Virus record (IMG/VR): IMGVR_UViG_3300006928_000042
Location: 1-31,920 of that record
Direction: 5' to 3' (one strand)
Length of the DNA: 31,920 nucleotides
DNA from: a virus
Lineage: Duplodnaviria; Caudoviricetes
Positions 19,601 through 27,718 of this stretch are shown here, piece by piece. A program made the translations under genes and the position numbers. Position 1 is the stretch's first letter. Every line of letters begins with the position of its first letter. The notes beneath the pieces were generated by a model. It was not told the origin of the DNA and did no database searches. It saw nothing but the letters and a program-made list of their open reading frames with translations.

Positions 19601-22600
19601 CGTAATTGTTGAGGTGTAAATCTCAACTTTGCCCATAAATTTTCATCTGGAATGTTAGCTCTATTTGCTCCTTTTATATTTACAAATCTACCCTCCGTGT
19701 AAATGGTTCCACCATAAAGTAATCTTTGTCTCATACCAGGACTCATAAAAGGCAACATATCATAAACTTGTCTCCAATACAATTGTCTAAATACTGGAGA
19801 TCTTGATAGTGTATCTGTTTTAGATGCCATAAAGAAATCAAAACCTTTAGCTGTCATCTGATCCCATTTATTAGTTGCATCCATGTATGAGTCAAATGGT
19901 GCAGATATATATTGTGGTAAATCCTCAAATACGTCATCTAAGGTTTTAACTAGTGATTTAAAGTTTTCTGCTTTAACGCCTGATTGTTTTTTAAATAATT
20001 TACTACCTTTAGATACTAATTCTTTAAATACATCATCTAATTCAACACCATCAACAGTTCCACTTTTAATCATATTAATTAAAGTATCGTTAGCTTTTAA
20101 TTTAGAACTAATAGTAAATGGATTATCACGTACTAAATTTATTTCATTTATATTATTTATATCTATTAACTTTTCTAACAATGCTCTGTTTTCATTAAAA
20201 TCTCCGCCAGCAGCACCTACAGCTCTTGCTTCTATTGCTTTAGCAAATGTGTACCTACCACCAACAGAACCTGCGGCTCTTCTAAATTGTGGACCACCTC
20301 TGTTATAAGATTTAATTATGTCTTTAGCTGCATCAGAACTACCCTCCATCCATTCTTGCAATCTTTGTTGTTGTTGTGGTTTAGTTAATAGTTCACCTGA
20401 ATTACTTCTGTATAAAAATTTAAATAAGTCATCATGATGCAATTTAGATATTTCAGATAAATAGTTTCTTAAATACTCGTTGTATTCCCCTGTTCTAACT
20501 CCGCTAGATCCTTTTCTTACAATATCTGCTTTGTTTAACACTTTGTATTTAAAAGGTCCAGGTTTTTTTTGTCCTTTACGTTCTCCACCAAATATATAAT
20601 CGTTATTATTATTTCCTGCAATTCTTGATGCAGCTTGTTGTGCTTCTATAGAATCATCAAACGCATCTCCAAATAAATCATTGTATGTAACACCTTTAGA
20701 GTTCCATCTTTTAACTTTTGCTGCATCATCACTATTAGTAATAAATTGTGATACCCACGACATAGGACGGCTAAATATATTATCGTAACCTCTAGCATAC
20801 ATTCTTAATTGCTCTTCACCAACAACACGTACTGTCCATGCACCTCTTAATAAAACTAATGGTTTCCAAACATTTGACATGTAGTAATCTGCAAGTTTTG
20901 AACTAACCCCTTGAACTGAATTTTTATCGCCAAGTAATTTGTATAATTTACCTGTGTCTAATGCTTCATCTGGTCCTTTAAATAAATCAGGAACCATAGC
21001 ACGTAATATACCCATACTGTTAAATGCTTTTGTTAAACCAGCAGCATCAGGTAATGGAATGCTTCTGTTTATAAACTGTGTCATAAGTTGTGGTCCTGGA
21101 GTCATTGTTGGTTTGCCATCTATAATTGTTGGTACAAAGTTAGTACCAGTTGCTACCTCTTCTCCAGTTACTGCATTAATCCAAAATTTTCTATACTCTG
21201 GTAACTCTTCATCAAATATTCTTGTTATAGCTTCTGCGTCTCTACGATTGACACCAGCACTATCTACTAAATCTTCTACAGACCTAGCTAACATATCTTT
21301 AGTTATGTCAAACAAAGCTGCTTCATCTCCATCATCTATTCGTATCATTTGATCTAATATTTCTGATTTATCTTTTGTTGTCATAGTTGTCTGGTCCATC
21401 CATAATTTTGATTGATTTAGTGTTTGATCCATTTGATCTACATCTAAAAATCTATAAGGTAAGTCAGATGCGTAAGAAGCAAGTATTCTACCTACTCTTG
21501 AATTTTCCATCATACTAGCTTTAATAATTTTTCTTGCTCCAAACAATTTTCCTGCACCCTCTAATCCAGGATCTAATCCTCTACCAATTAATGTTTCTGC
21601 TAATCCACCTGCTGCTCTTCCTATGGCACCAACTGTTGGTCTTTCCATTCCAAAACTATCTGGACCTCTAAAAGGATTTCCTAGATATTTATCATTTAAA
21701 AGACCACGAATAGCTTTCTTTTTATTTTCTAATGGTCTTTTTGATATTTGTATTTTTCTAAAATCTGCTAATATTTCTTTATCACTAATACCAGATAATG
21801 TCATAAATCTATGTGTATTGTCGTTAGTTGCTAAAAAGTTTATAAACTCTTCTCCAGCATCATCATTGTCTAAAAAATCATTAACTTGTTTTTTATTAAC
21901 AAAATTAAACTTACCTGTTTCGTATATTCCTAAAGTTTTTTTCTGTGCTTGTGTAAACTCACCAGAACCTTTTACCCCTTGTATACCTTTCTTTTTTAAT
22001 GATGCAATTAATTCTTCTGACGGTGCTAACAATCTTTTTGATTTAGTTAAGTGTTTAATACCTAATCCAAAATAGTTTGCAGGATCTAAAAACATTACCT
22101 TACCCATATCTATTAGTCCTGATACTGCATTAAAACTTCTACTTCCTGGTTCTAGGACTAAGTTTGCAGTAGCACGACCAAGTGATATAGGCATAGCTAC
22201 ATCTCTACCATCTGATCCTCTAGTTGTTATAGTAAATTGTCCTGATTCTTCTTGTGATCTTTGGTCTATATCAGTTATAGGATCTCCAAGATAATCATTA
22301 ATTTGTTGTGCTGCTCTATCAGGTGCCATACCTTTTTGCACCATATATTGATATTCTTCATAAAATTTAGAGTTAGGATTTTGTGCATCAAACTCATCAC
22401 TATCAGGTAAAAACCCCTCGCCTAAATTAACACGTTTACCTTGTCTTAAATTATTGACTGCTTGTCTAACTGTTGATTTACCTGACAATGCGTATGCATC
22501 TTGAAATGTTAAATTCTCTGCTTGATCTCCAAATGTAGAAGCTATAAAAGAGTTTATAGGTCTATCTACCCAACTTCTATATGCATCTTCTAATCCAAGT

Positions 22601-22905
22601 AAACCTAATCTAATTCCTGCTTTAAAACCATTACCTACTTTAGATAATATTCCTCTTTGATTGTGTTCAGCAATACGTGAAGCTACTTCTCCTAATACTT
22701 CTGATTCTGGTTTTACTTGCAGTAATGTTAAAGCTGATACTACATCAGGAGAAAAATTTGGATATAACCTTGATATTTGTGTAGCACGTGTAGCATCATT
22801 TAGAGTAACACGGTCTCTTGTTTGTTTATATTGATTCTGTCTATTATAAATTTCTTCGTATAAATCTCGCTCTTGAGAGGGATTGTCAAAATAAAATACA
22901 CCCAT
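16663..22905 (-). CDS. Large internal virion/DNA ejection protein
   Basis: 2080 aa; helical with a Lys/Glu-rich coiled-coil segment; WKPLVLLR and AIFPFGQAYKE motifs; size and context match podoviral ejection proteins. Confidence 0.65.
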   Translation of the reverse strand: MGVFYFDNPSQERDLYEEIYNRQNQYKQTRDRVTLNDATRATQISRLYPNFSPDVVSALTLLQVKPESEVLGEVASRIAEHNQRGILSKVGNGFKAGIRLGLLGLEDAYRSWVDRPINSFIASTFGDQAENLTFQDAYALSGKSTVRQAVNNLRQGKRVNLGEGFLPDSDEFDAQNPNSKFYEEYQYMVQKGMAPDRAAQQINDYLGDPITDIDQRSQEESGQFTITTRGSDGRDVAMPISLGRATANLVLEPGSRSFNAVSGLIDMGKVMFLDPANYFGLGIKHLTKSKRLLAPSEELIASLKKKGIQGVKGSGEFTQAQKKTLGIYETGKFNFVNKKQVNDFLDNDDAGEEFINFLATNDNTHRFMTLSGISDKEILADFRKIQISKRPLENKKKAIRGLLNDKYLGNPFRGPDSFGMERPTVGAIGRAAGGLAETLIGRGLDPGLEGAGKLFGARKIIKASMMENSRVGRILASYASDLPYRFLDVDQMDQTLNQSKLWMDQTTMTTKDKSEILDQMIRIDDGDEAALFDITKDMLARSVEDLVDSAGVNRRDAEAITRIFDEELPEYRKFWINAVTGEEVATGTNFVPTIIDGKPTMTPGPQLMTQFINRSIPLPDAAGLTKAFNSMGILRAMVPDLFKGPDEALDTGKLYKLLGDKNSVQGVSSKLADYYMSNVWKPLVLLRGAWTVRVVGEEQLRMYARGYDNIFSRPMSWVSQFITNSDDAAKVKRWNSKGVTYNDLFGDAFDDSIEAQQAASRIAGNNNNDYIFGGERKGQKKPGPFKYKVLNKADIVRKGSSGVRTGEYNEYLRNYLSEISKLHHDDLFKFLYRSNSGELLTKPQQQQRLQEWMEGSSDAAKDIIKSYNRGGPQFRRAAGSVGGRYTFAKAIEARAVGAAGGDFNENRALLEKLIDINNINEINLVRDNPFTISSKLKANDTLINMIKSGTVDGVELDDVFKELVSKGSKLFKKQSGVKAENFKSLVKTLDDVFEDLPQYISAPFDSYMDATNKWDQMTAKGFDFFMASKTDTLSRSPVFRQLYWRQVYDMLPFMSPGMRQRLLYGGTIYTEGRFVNIKGANRANIPDENLWAKLRFTPQQLRKQDTTINLDMFKKQIKKLDEIDAAAGNVSVDFQKDINKLQKEFTKIKREYLNELEEFQGNKYWLGKGQKYSLGMFADYDISEDLIVKQGKKSRKISPQRKIKYDKKIDELREKELKIIGSEREHKLSNMEARYPADNFEHELLGYAKKKAGIQTYSPRKNKPKMPTTINRLRGSISRINRNIKNMQDRLDNYVARETPKFETNEYVQEYEVLRDIYERGASDKFGDMELSVLFNDLDNIKITETEWNNLYSETLAELRQNVKDGYFDAVPELEAFLETTKAQKKSAWKKLNKEFNEKGDEIANNLGEANVKFFEAELEKGQKFIDAATEVLQDHTAALNKKKSQVDNIRGQINERLDKLELNIERKFERRKEQYYGERNKLYKASGFTNDATSFDQIDTVAKAVALQGVEDLLYDLSKNNKFFYNMRAIFPFGQAYKEIMTTWAKLIAENPEVIRKGQNVVNAARKENPFSPVEGEGFLAQDDVTGEEVFYYPFSGELVSNLALGEDRKADIRLPGYASSLNLALNVIPGVGPMVAIPFSAFLGGNPTFDNFKKVVFPYGLPDVQNAGDFIRSAGIPAWMRNAWRAIRGFQEDGTDAPTDEIKRVQINSQIDVYRLLKANGEDDSTPEKQAELMQRAKTTSAWLTMVKAFSQFIGPTGLNARYEIHDPKNNGTVWAMQSLSDYYRQILDTPPTIEGTNQLEFAPGDNYGATKHFIERFGFNPIDIVQPKSIVIEPRPVDEKGAEFERNNPDLFKDYRFTAQFAIPKGGGGAFNYEAYINTIINETREPLSADEWLAKRNQSLGEFYMENQRVQSLEIFNINDPQQNRKRNRFLSLQQINAREQFPGYDQTIVGLPATVNVELQVEELGKWVNEPKLSNTRVGQDVKRILSLFDLFSKKSFAEGYSQDGWRSSRKYIKERKFLRDEIARLTMRNDDFYFVAQRVLLPYIAERQDFLEDMIYDENVYAEYGMYLPNSMET

Positions 22906-22908
22906 TAT

Positions 22909-23358
22909 TTATGGTGCAATATCATCAGGACTTTGTTTATAAGCAGAACCTTGGCTCATCAACAATGACAATAATTCATCAGTTGGAAATATATCTGCCA
23001 TAGCTCTAATAAGCATCATAGAATCATCTTCTAAGTATGACTGTTTAGGTATACCAGTTTCAGTAACTGGCATGTCTGGATAATTTGTAGGTGCTGTTAA
23101 ATCAAAATCTTCTACTGGATTTATAGCAACAGGTGCATTATCTGCTGGTAACATTCCACTTGTATTAGATGCTTCTGCTGCAACATTTCCTTGTTGTACT
23201 TGATTTACTAATGCCGACTCTGCACCCATAGGTGCTTCACTTAACATTTCTCTTGCATCTGTAGCCGTAACGTTTAGATCAGTTCTTTTTGATAAAGCTC
23301 CTGGTCCACTTACTGCACCACCTCTTCTACCTTTATTCCTAGAAGATCCATTCGCCAT
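22909..23358 (-). CDS. 149-aa protein downstream of portal
   Basis: Start moved to ATG 23358 (MANGSSRNKGRRGG) after GAGGGAG RBS; contains VSGPGALSKRTD. Confidence 0.65.
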   Translation of the reverse strand: MANGSSRNKGRRGGAVSGPGALSKRTDLNVTATDAREMLSEAPMGAESALVNQVQQGNVAAEASNTSGMLPADNAPVAINPVEDFDLTAPTNYPDMPVTETGIPKQSYLEDDSMMLIRAMADIFPTDELLSLLMSQGSAYKQSPDDIAP

Positions 23359-23524
23359 TGTCATCTCCCTCTTCATCTATAATTGGTTTAAATAATATTA
23401 AAAATCCTGGTAAAGGTATGATGTCTGGTTCTTGTCCAAACGCATTTAAATTGTTCATCCATACATCACTTAATGTACTTTTGACCATACTATCAAATTC
23501 TACTTCAACATACTCTCTATCCAA
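23339..23524 (-). CDS. 61-aa acidic protein (TTG start)
   Basis: MDREYVEVEFDSMVK...GEWIF; TTG at 23524 is 5 nt after a GGAGG inside the portal 3' end. The ORF track's longer N-terminus is an off-frame read of the portal repeat. Confidence 0.6.
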   Translation of the reverse strand: MDREYVEVEFDSMVKSTLSDVWMNNLNAFGQEPDIIPLPGFLILFKPIIDEEGDDNGEWIF

Positions 23525-25334
23525 GAGGACCTCCTCCACCTGGTAATGGACCTCCTCCGCCTTGTAATGGACCTCCTCCACCTTGTAATAACAATGACCT
23601 TATATCTGGTGTAGGTCCTTGTGGCATTGGTGGTTGTCCTGGTATCTGTGCTTGACCTAATTCATCAAGCAATGCTTGTTCATCAGGAGATACTTGTTCC
23701 TCTGGTGTGTAAAATTTATCTAATATACTTGACATCTCTGATGGACTCTTTCTTATTTGTACTAATGCCATTGTAGCTTTAGCATCACCTTGTGTCGCTT
23801 GAACTTTTAATGTTTCAAACAATACTTGTTCTGCTTCATCTTTAGTAATCCTATTATTTATTTTTTGTAAATTTTCTAATCCATCCATATTTTCTTGTAA
23901 AGTTTCTTTATCTATAATTCCTGCTTGCAACAATTGTAAACCAGAAACAATTTTAGTTGGCTCATCAAATCCTGCCATAACACCATATACTCTACGTGTT
24001 GCATATTGACCACCTATATCTGTACTTGGTTCATACTGTTCTGAAAAAGCAGCTCCATTTGCATAACCACTAAGTGGTTTCTTTTTATTTTTATTTAAAA
24101 CTTCATCCATCTCTAAACGTTTAGAATCTATTTCTTCCATTGCTGTTTTTAGTGATAATTGATATTCTCTTACGTTTAAATCAACGGATGACATTAACTC
24201 TTGTAAACCTCTACCAGTAACAAATGAATTAGGAGATTGTGCATCATCTGTAACTGGATAACTTGCACCTAATCTTAATTGTCTTTCTAACCTATCTATT
24301 TGTTGAAACATTTGATACGGCAAGTTATTAGTTGGTTTTGCAACTTGACTACCTGGAGATAAATAGTTTATAGCAAATCTACCTCTTTTATAATTTCCTG
24401 ATTCTATTTCTCCAACAATATTTGTTTCTGTAAATACTGCATCTTCCATAGCTATAATTGATAAAACATTTATTTTTGCCATAGCTGACATAAGTCCTAA
24501 TACATGATCGTATTGTCCTTGTAGTCTGTCAAAACTAAATCTTTTAGCAATTACAAATCTTGGTCCTGTTTGTAATGGATTAGGTGTAAAATCTAATATT
24601 TGTTTAGTAGCTGGTAAATATACATAAGTACCCTCTTCGTTGTAATACTCTATTAACTCTTCACCATCAGAACTATTGTTTTCCCAATTTCTTGAATGAA
24701 CATCTTTGTACAATCCACCTGTACCACTTACGCCTGTATACGGTGTAGTACCCATATCGTACTCTATTTTTGCTTGTGGATATAATTTTTTAATTACACC
24801 AGCAGGAACAACTCTAACAAGAGCTAGTTCATTTGGTTGTTGGTCTGGTCCGTAATAACCAGGAAAGCAATCATAAGGATCTCTTAATTCAGCATGTGGA
24901 TAAAAATTTCCAAATTGATCTTTTTTGTTTCTTATAATCCATACACAGAATCCATAACCAGGCAACCATCTAGCTGCTTGTGGTAACTGCATGTCAATTT
25001 TACTTTTCTTATCATAAGAATGTACAATACGTTCTAGCTTTTCAGATTTCTTTTTAGCTCTTTCGCTATCTTTGTTATTGTATGGATCAACTTTTAAATC
25101 TGGAACTCTACCTAGTTTTTGTGCCAGGTGTTCTAATCCTGATTCAATCATATTAGGTATTGGTAAATCTTCATTATAGTTTTCTGAATTAGAACCAAGT
25201 AATGCAGCTACACCTTGTGAGCCACCATTAATTATTTTTCTTATTCTACTTCTATATTCCCAATGACCAGTATGTTCGTGTAATCCACGTAAATCGTCCA
25301 CCCTGTGTGCTAACTGGTCTGATGTTAACGGCAT
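23517..25334 (-). CDS. Portal protein
   Basis: 605 aa directly after the terminase; ELRDPYDCFP motif, helical pattern, Pro/Gln/Gly-rich C-terminal tail. Confidence 0.85.
   Translation of the reverse strand: MPLTSDQLAHRVDDLRGLHEHTGHWEYRSRIRKIINGGSQGVAALLGSNSENYNEDLPIPNMIESGLEHLAQKLGRVPDLKVDPYNNKDSERAKKKSEKLERIVHSYDKKSKIDMQLPQAARWLPGYGFCVWIIRNKKDQFGNFYPHAELRDPYDCFPGYYGPDQQPNELALVRVVPAGVIKKLYPQAKIEYDMGTTPYTGVSGTGGLYKDVHSRNWENNSSDGEELIEYYNEEGTYVYLPATKQILDFTPNPLQTGPRFVIAKRFSFDRLQGQYDHVLGLMSAMAKINVLSIIAMEDAVFTETNIVGEIESGNYKRGRFAINYLSPGSQVAKPTNNLPYQMFQQIDRLERQLRLGASYPVTDDAQSPNSFVTGRGLQELMSSVDLNVREYQLSLKTAMEEIDSKRLEMDEVLNKNKKKPLSGYANGAAFSEQYEPSTDIGGQYATRRVYGVMAGFDEPTKIVSGLQLLQAGIIDKETLQENMDGLENLQKINNRITKDEAEQVLFETLKVQATQGDAKATMALVQIRKSPSEMSSILDKFYTPEEQVSPDEQALLDELGQAQIPGQPPMPQGPTPDIRSLLLQGGGGPLQGGGGPLPGGGGPLG
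23527..23589. repeat. 21-bp tandem repeat x3 encoding a GGGGPL-type unit at the portal C-terminus
   Basis: GGACCTCCTCC(A/G)CCT(G/T)GTAAT x3. Confidence 0.9.
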
Positions 25335-27257
25335 TTATCTATCCCACATTCTTTCGTCATAAGTTGTCATTTTATAATTGCTATATGATGGATTATAGTC
25401 ATTGTCTACTTCTGATAGTACCAATTTAACGGTCTGGCGTACCCTTTTCATAGGAAACCAACTTGCCATAACTAAGTCTGTTTTACTACTAACCGATTTA
25501 GAATTACTTCCGCTAGCACTACTAAAATAAATTAACTGTTGTCTTAGTGTGTTTACTTTACGTTGTGTTAGCGGACTTGCCCATGGTAAGTTTATTTTCT
25601 GTTGTTCATACATAGGAACCATGGCAGTAACACCGAATACTGGATCCCATTTGTTTTTATATGTTTGATGTCCCTCTATCCTTACACCATTTGCTCCTGC
25701 CCAATTCTTTATTTCTTTATCTTGTCCTATAGCTTTTTGGAATCCGTTTTCTTCTACAATCCAATGTGATAAGAAATATTGTTCATGCCAATCTTTCATA
25801 ACTTTATGTGCTTTAGATATACCACCGCCTAAGTCATTACGTAAATCTACTAACCATAGTTGTCCAGTTTTTTGATTATATGCCCACAATACAGCAGCTT
25901 GATAACCTGTAGATGCTGGATCTAATCCTGCAATCAATGCAGTATGTGGTGGTATGTCTCCTAAGTTCCTGGACCTATCTAAACATCCGTCAATCATTTC
26001 TGCACTAAACAATTCCATACCTGCTGGTACAGCTTTATTTAAATACACCATTTCAAATATAGCTCTACCACCTGTAGTTTCTGCTGATGCTAATTGTTCC
26101 ATTAACCATTTATGAGTACGTTTACCTTTCCATAACATGTGTTCGTCCTGGTCATCTGACTCCTGGTCTAAAGGTATTTCTAAATCGTGCGCACGCTCTA
26201 CTATTGTTTCCCATGCCTCATTGTTCAGCAATGCGTTATACAGGTCATCTGGATGCTGTCTGGAGCCAATTACGACCATTCCTGTGTGTTCTTCTTTTCT
26301 TGACTGCAATGTTGTGGTCCACCAGTTTTTAGTATTTTCTCTAGCACTTGGTTGTACTGTACTACCATGATCTTCAATGTCATCAGATATTATTAAGTCT
26401 GCATCCCTGGACAATATCTTTCCGCCTTTACCTACAGCTACTAATGTAGGACTTTTTATACCAGCTACCGTTCTTGTAGCTACAGTAAATTGACTTGTAC
26501 TCCAAGACTTTCCTGATTTGTTCATAGGTCTAAATCCCTCGTATGATGCAAAGTCTTGTATAAGTTCTTCATTATTTTCTAAATGGTCCAATACAGCACC
26601 TACTGCATTCTTAGCTATATCCTCATTACCTCCAACCCACATTATTCTCATGTTTGGATTTTTACATATCATGTATACGCAGAAGTGTGTTAACAAATCT
26701 GTTTTGCCATGACGTGGCGGAGACAGTACCATAAGTCTCTTTCCATTTTCTATTGCATCTAATATTGCTGCTATCCATCTTTTTTGGAAACCTGGTGTCT
26801 CATACGGTACACCTTGCTCTGTCAAAAAATATTTGTCCCTGAAAGCTACAAAGTCATCTAGCTTGACAGCACTATCCCCCCCATTTTTTTGTAAGGACTC
26901 GTGATTTTCTCTTAGTGCTTCGTCTTTTATCCATGCAGACAATGATCTAGTTACAGTAGCTAATGAGCATCCTAGTATGTCAGCTATCTCTTGTTTAGTC
27001 TTAGTACCATTCAAAAGGTCGTCAAAAAAATTTTTTTTCTCCATAATGGCATAGTAATTACCTCTACGCTTCTGTATATTTGTATCTACCACTTTCTCTA
27101 CGTGGTACGTGTCGGTTGTCTTACTAGCCCTGTATGCTCTCTTTTTGATTCTATTAGCACACTTGTCTGAACAATATTTTCTCCTACCATCTGGTAAAAT
27201 GCGATTGCAGTCGTTAGCTACACAAAACTTGTTTTTCTCTTGTTTTGATTTACTCAT
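25335..27257 (-). CDS. terL: Terminase large subunit with N-terminal Zn-finger and HTH
   Basis: Walker A LSPPRHGKT, Walker B LIISDDIED, IGSRQH coupling motif, RNase H-like nuclease IAGLDPA...DLVMASW. Confidence 0.93.
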   Translation of the reverse strand: MSKSKQEKNKFCVANDCNRILPDGRRKYCSDKCANRIKKRAYRASKTTDTYHVEKVVDTNIQKRRGNYYAIMEKKNFFDDLLNGTKTKQEIADILGCSLATVTRSLSAWIKDEALRENHESLQKNGGDSAVKLDDFVAFRDKYFLTEQGVPYETPGFQKRWIAAILDAIENGKRLMVLSPPRHGKTDLLTHFCVYMICKNPNMRIMWVGGNEDIAKNAVGAVLDHLENNEELIQDFASYEGFRPMNKSGKSWSTSQFTVATRTVAGIKSPTLVAVGKGGKILSRDADLIISDDIEDHGSTVQPSARENTKNWWTTTLQSRKEEHTGMVVIGSRQHPDDLYNALLNNEAWETIVERAHDLEIPLDQESDDQDEHMLWKGKRTHKWLMEQLASAETTGGRAIFEMVYLNKAVPAGMELFSAEMIDGCLDRSRNLGDIPPHTALIAGLDPASTGYQAAVLWAYNQKTGQLWLVDLRNDLGGGISKAHKVMKDWHEQYFLSHWIVEENGFQKAIGQDKEIKNWAGANGVRIEGHQTYKNKWDPVFGVTAMVPMYEQQKINLPWASPLTQRKVNTLRQQLIYFSSASGSNSKSVSSKTDLVMASWFPMKRVRQTVKLVLSEVDNDYNPSYSNYKMTTYDERMWDR

Positions 27258-27264
27258 CTGTTAT

Positions 27265-27273
27265 AGTGTATCA
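27265..27273 (-). promoter_or_regulatory. Extended -10 promoter giving a leaderless terL mRNA
   Basis: GTATGaTACACT-ataacag-ATG; 7-nt spacing, no SD. Confidence 0.5.
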
Positions 27274-27321
27274 TACAAATACTTTGATTTAGATGGTTAA
27301 AGCAACCTAACATGTGTACAA

Positions 27322-27523
27322 GTAAGTGAGATCGAGACTCAGAAAGTTCCGAATCGGTAGTACGATAAACTAGTAAGGCAAACGGAATACTCAAGGCACC
27401 TGACTAAATCCTTGTCAATAGCTCTTTTTTTTATAGCTCGCTACGACTTCAATGGCGGTAGTCCTTACTAGCACTCCTAGTCCTATGTATTTGTCCTGTA
27501 CTAGCAAGAACTGACCTACTTAC
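27322..27523 (-). ncRNA. Rod-like structured RNA candidate upstream of terL
   Basis: Five nested colinear helices with three G.U pairs favouring the minus strand; no credible CDS. Confidence 0.5.
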
Positions 27524-27532
27524 ATTATAACA
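27524..27532 (-). promoter_or_regulatory. Extended -10 promoter (leftward)
   Basis: Minus strand TGtTATAAT. Confidence 0.55.
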
Positions 27533-27556
27533 GACTAATTACTGACTATAAAAAAC

Positions 27557-27616
27557 ATACTAGATATAGTGTATATTTCTGTAAATACTACATGTAGTGT
27601 ACACTATATATGGTAT
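27557..27616. promoter_or_regulatory. Three 16-bp NrdR-box-like palindromes (fourth at 27716-27731)
   Basis: ATACTAGATATAGTGT, ATACTACATGTAGTGT, ACACTATATATGGTAT versus consensus acaCwAtATaTwGtgt. Confidence 0.5.
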
Positions 27617-27619
27617 ACT
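27611..27619 (+). promoter_or_regulatory. Extended -10 promoter for the tRNA-like RNA
   Basis: TGgTATACT ends 7 nt before GGGGATG. Confidence 0.6.
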
Positions 27620-27626
27620 GTCTACT

Positions 27627-27718
27627 GGGGATGATTGGTAAGTAAAGCTAACAATCAAATAATAGATTGCCTTTGTACACAGTAGCTTTAAACCTAGGTT
27701 CGACTCCTAGCATCTCCA
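27627..27718 (+). ncRNA. 92-nt tRNA-like RNA resembling the tmRNA tRNA-like domain without an mRNA domain
   Basis: Acceptor GGGGATG/CATCTCC with G3.U70 and discriminator A; T-arm CTAGG-TTCGACT-CCTAG; unpaired GG-containing D-loop; 8-bp TAAAGCTA/TAGCTTTA helix; AAC connector; CCA not encoded. Confidence 0.8.

Noticed and set aside
16663-22905. Virion RNA polymerase or tape measure protein
   Set aside because: No DxDGD or T7-type polymerase motifs spotted by eye, and no tail tube genes or periodic tape-measure repeats; needs a profile search to exclude.
10409-23589. Tandem repeats as CRISPR arrays
   Set aside because: No spacers; they are in-frame coding repeats and there are no cas genes.
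2900-27300. Plus-strand ORFs in the track (e.g. 3185-3496, 10365-10709, 12414-12935, 19883-22075, 26087-26712)
   Set aside because: Antisense shadows of long minus-strand genes; Ser-rich mirror composition and no convincing RBS.
27627-27718. Canonical tRNA cloverleaf (D-stem TTGG/CTAA, anticodon stem CAATC/GATTG)
   Set aside because: Needs a 1-nt linker without U8, an 8-nt anticodon loop without U33 and a poorly paired 24-nt variable region; the tmRNA-like fold fits better.
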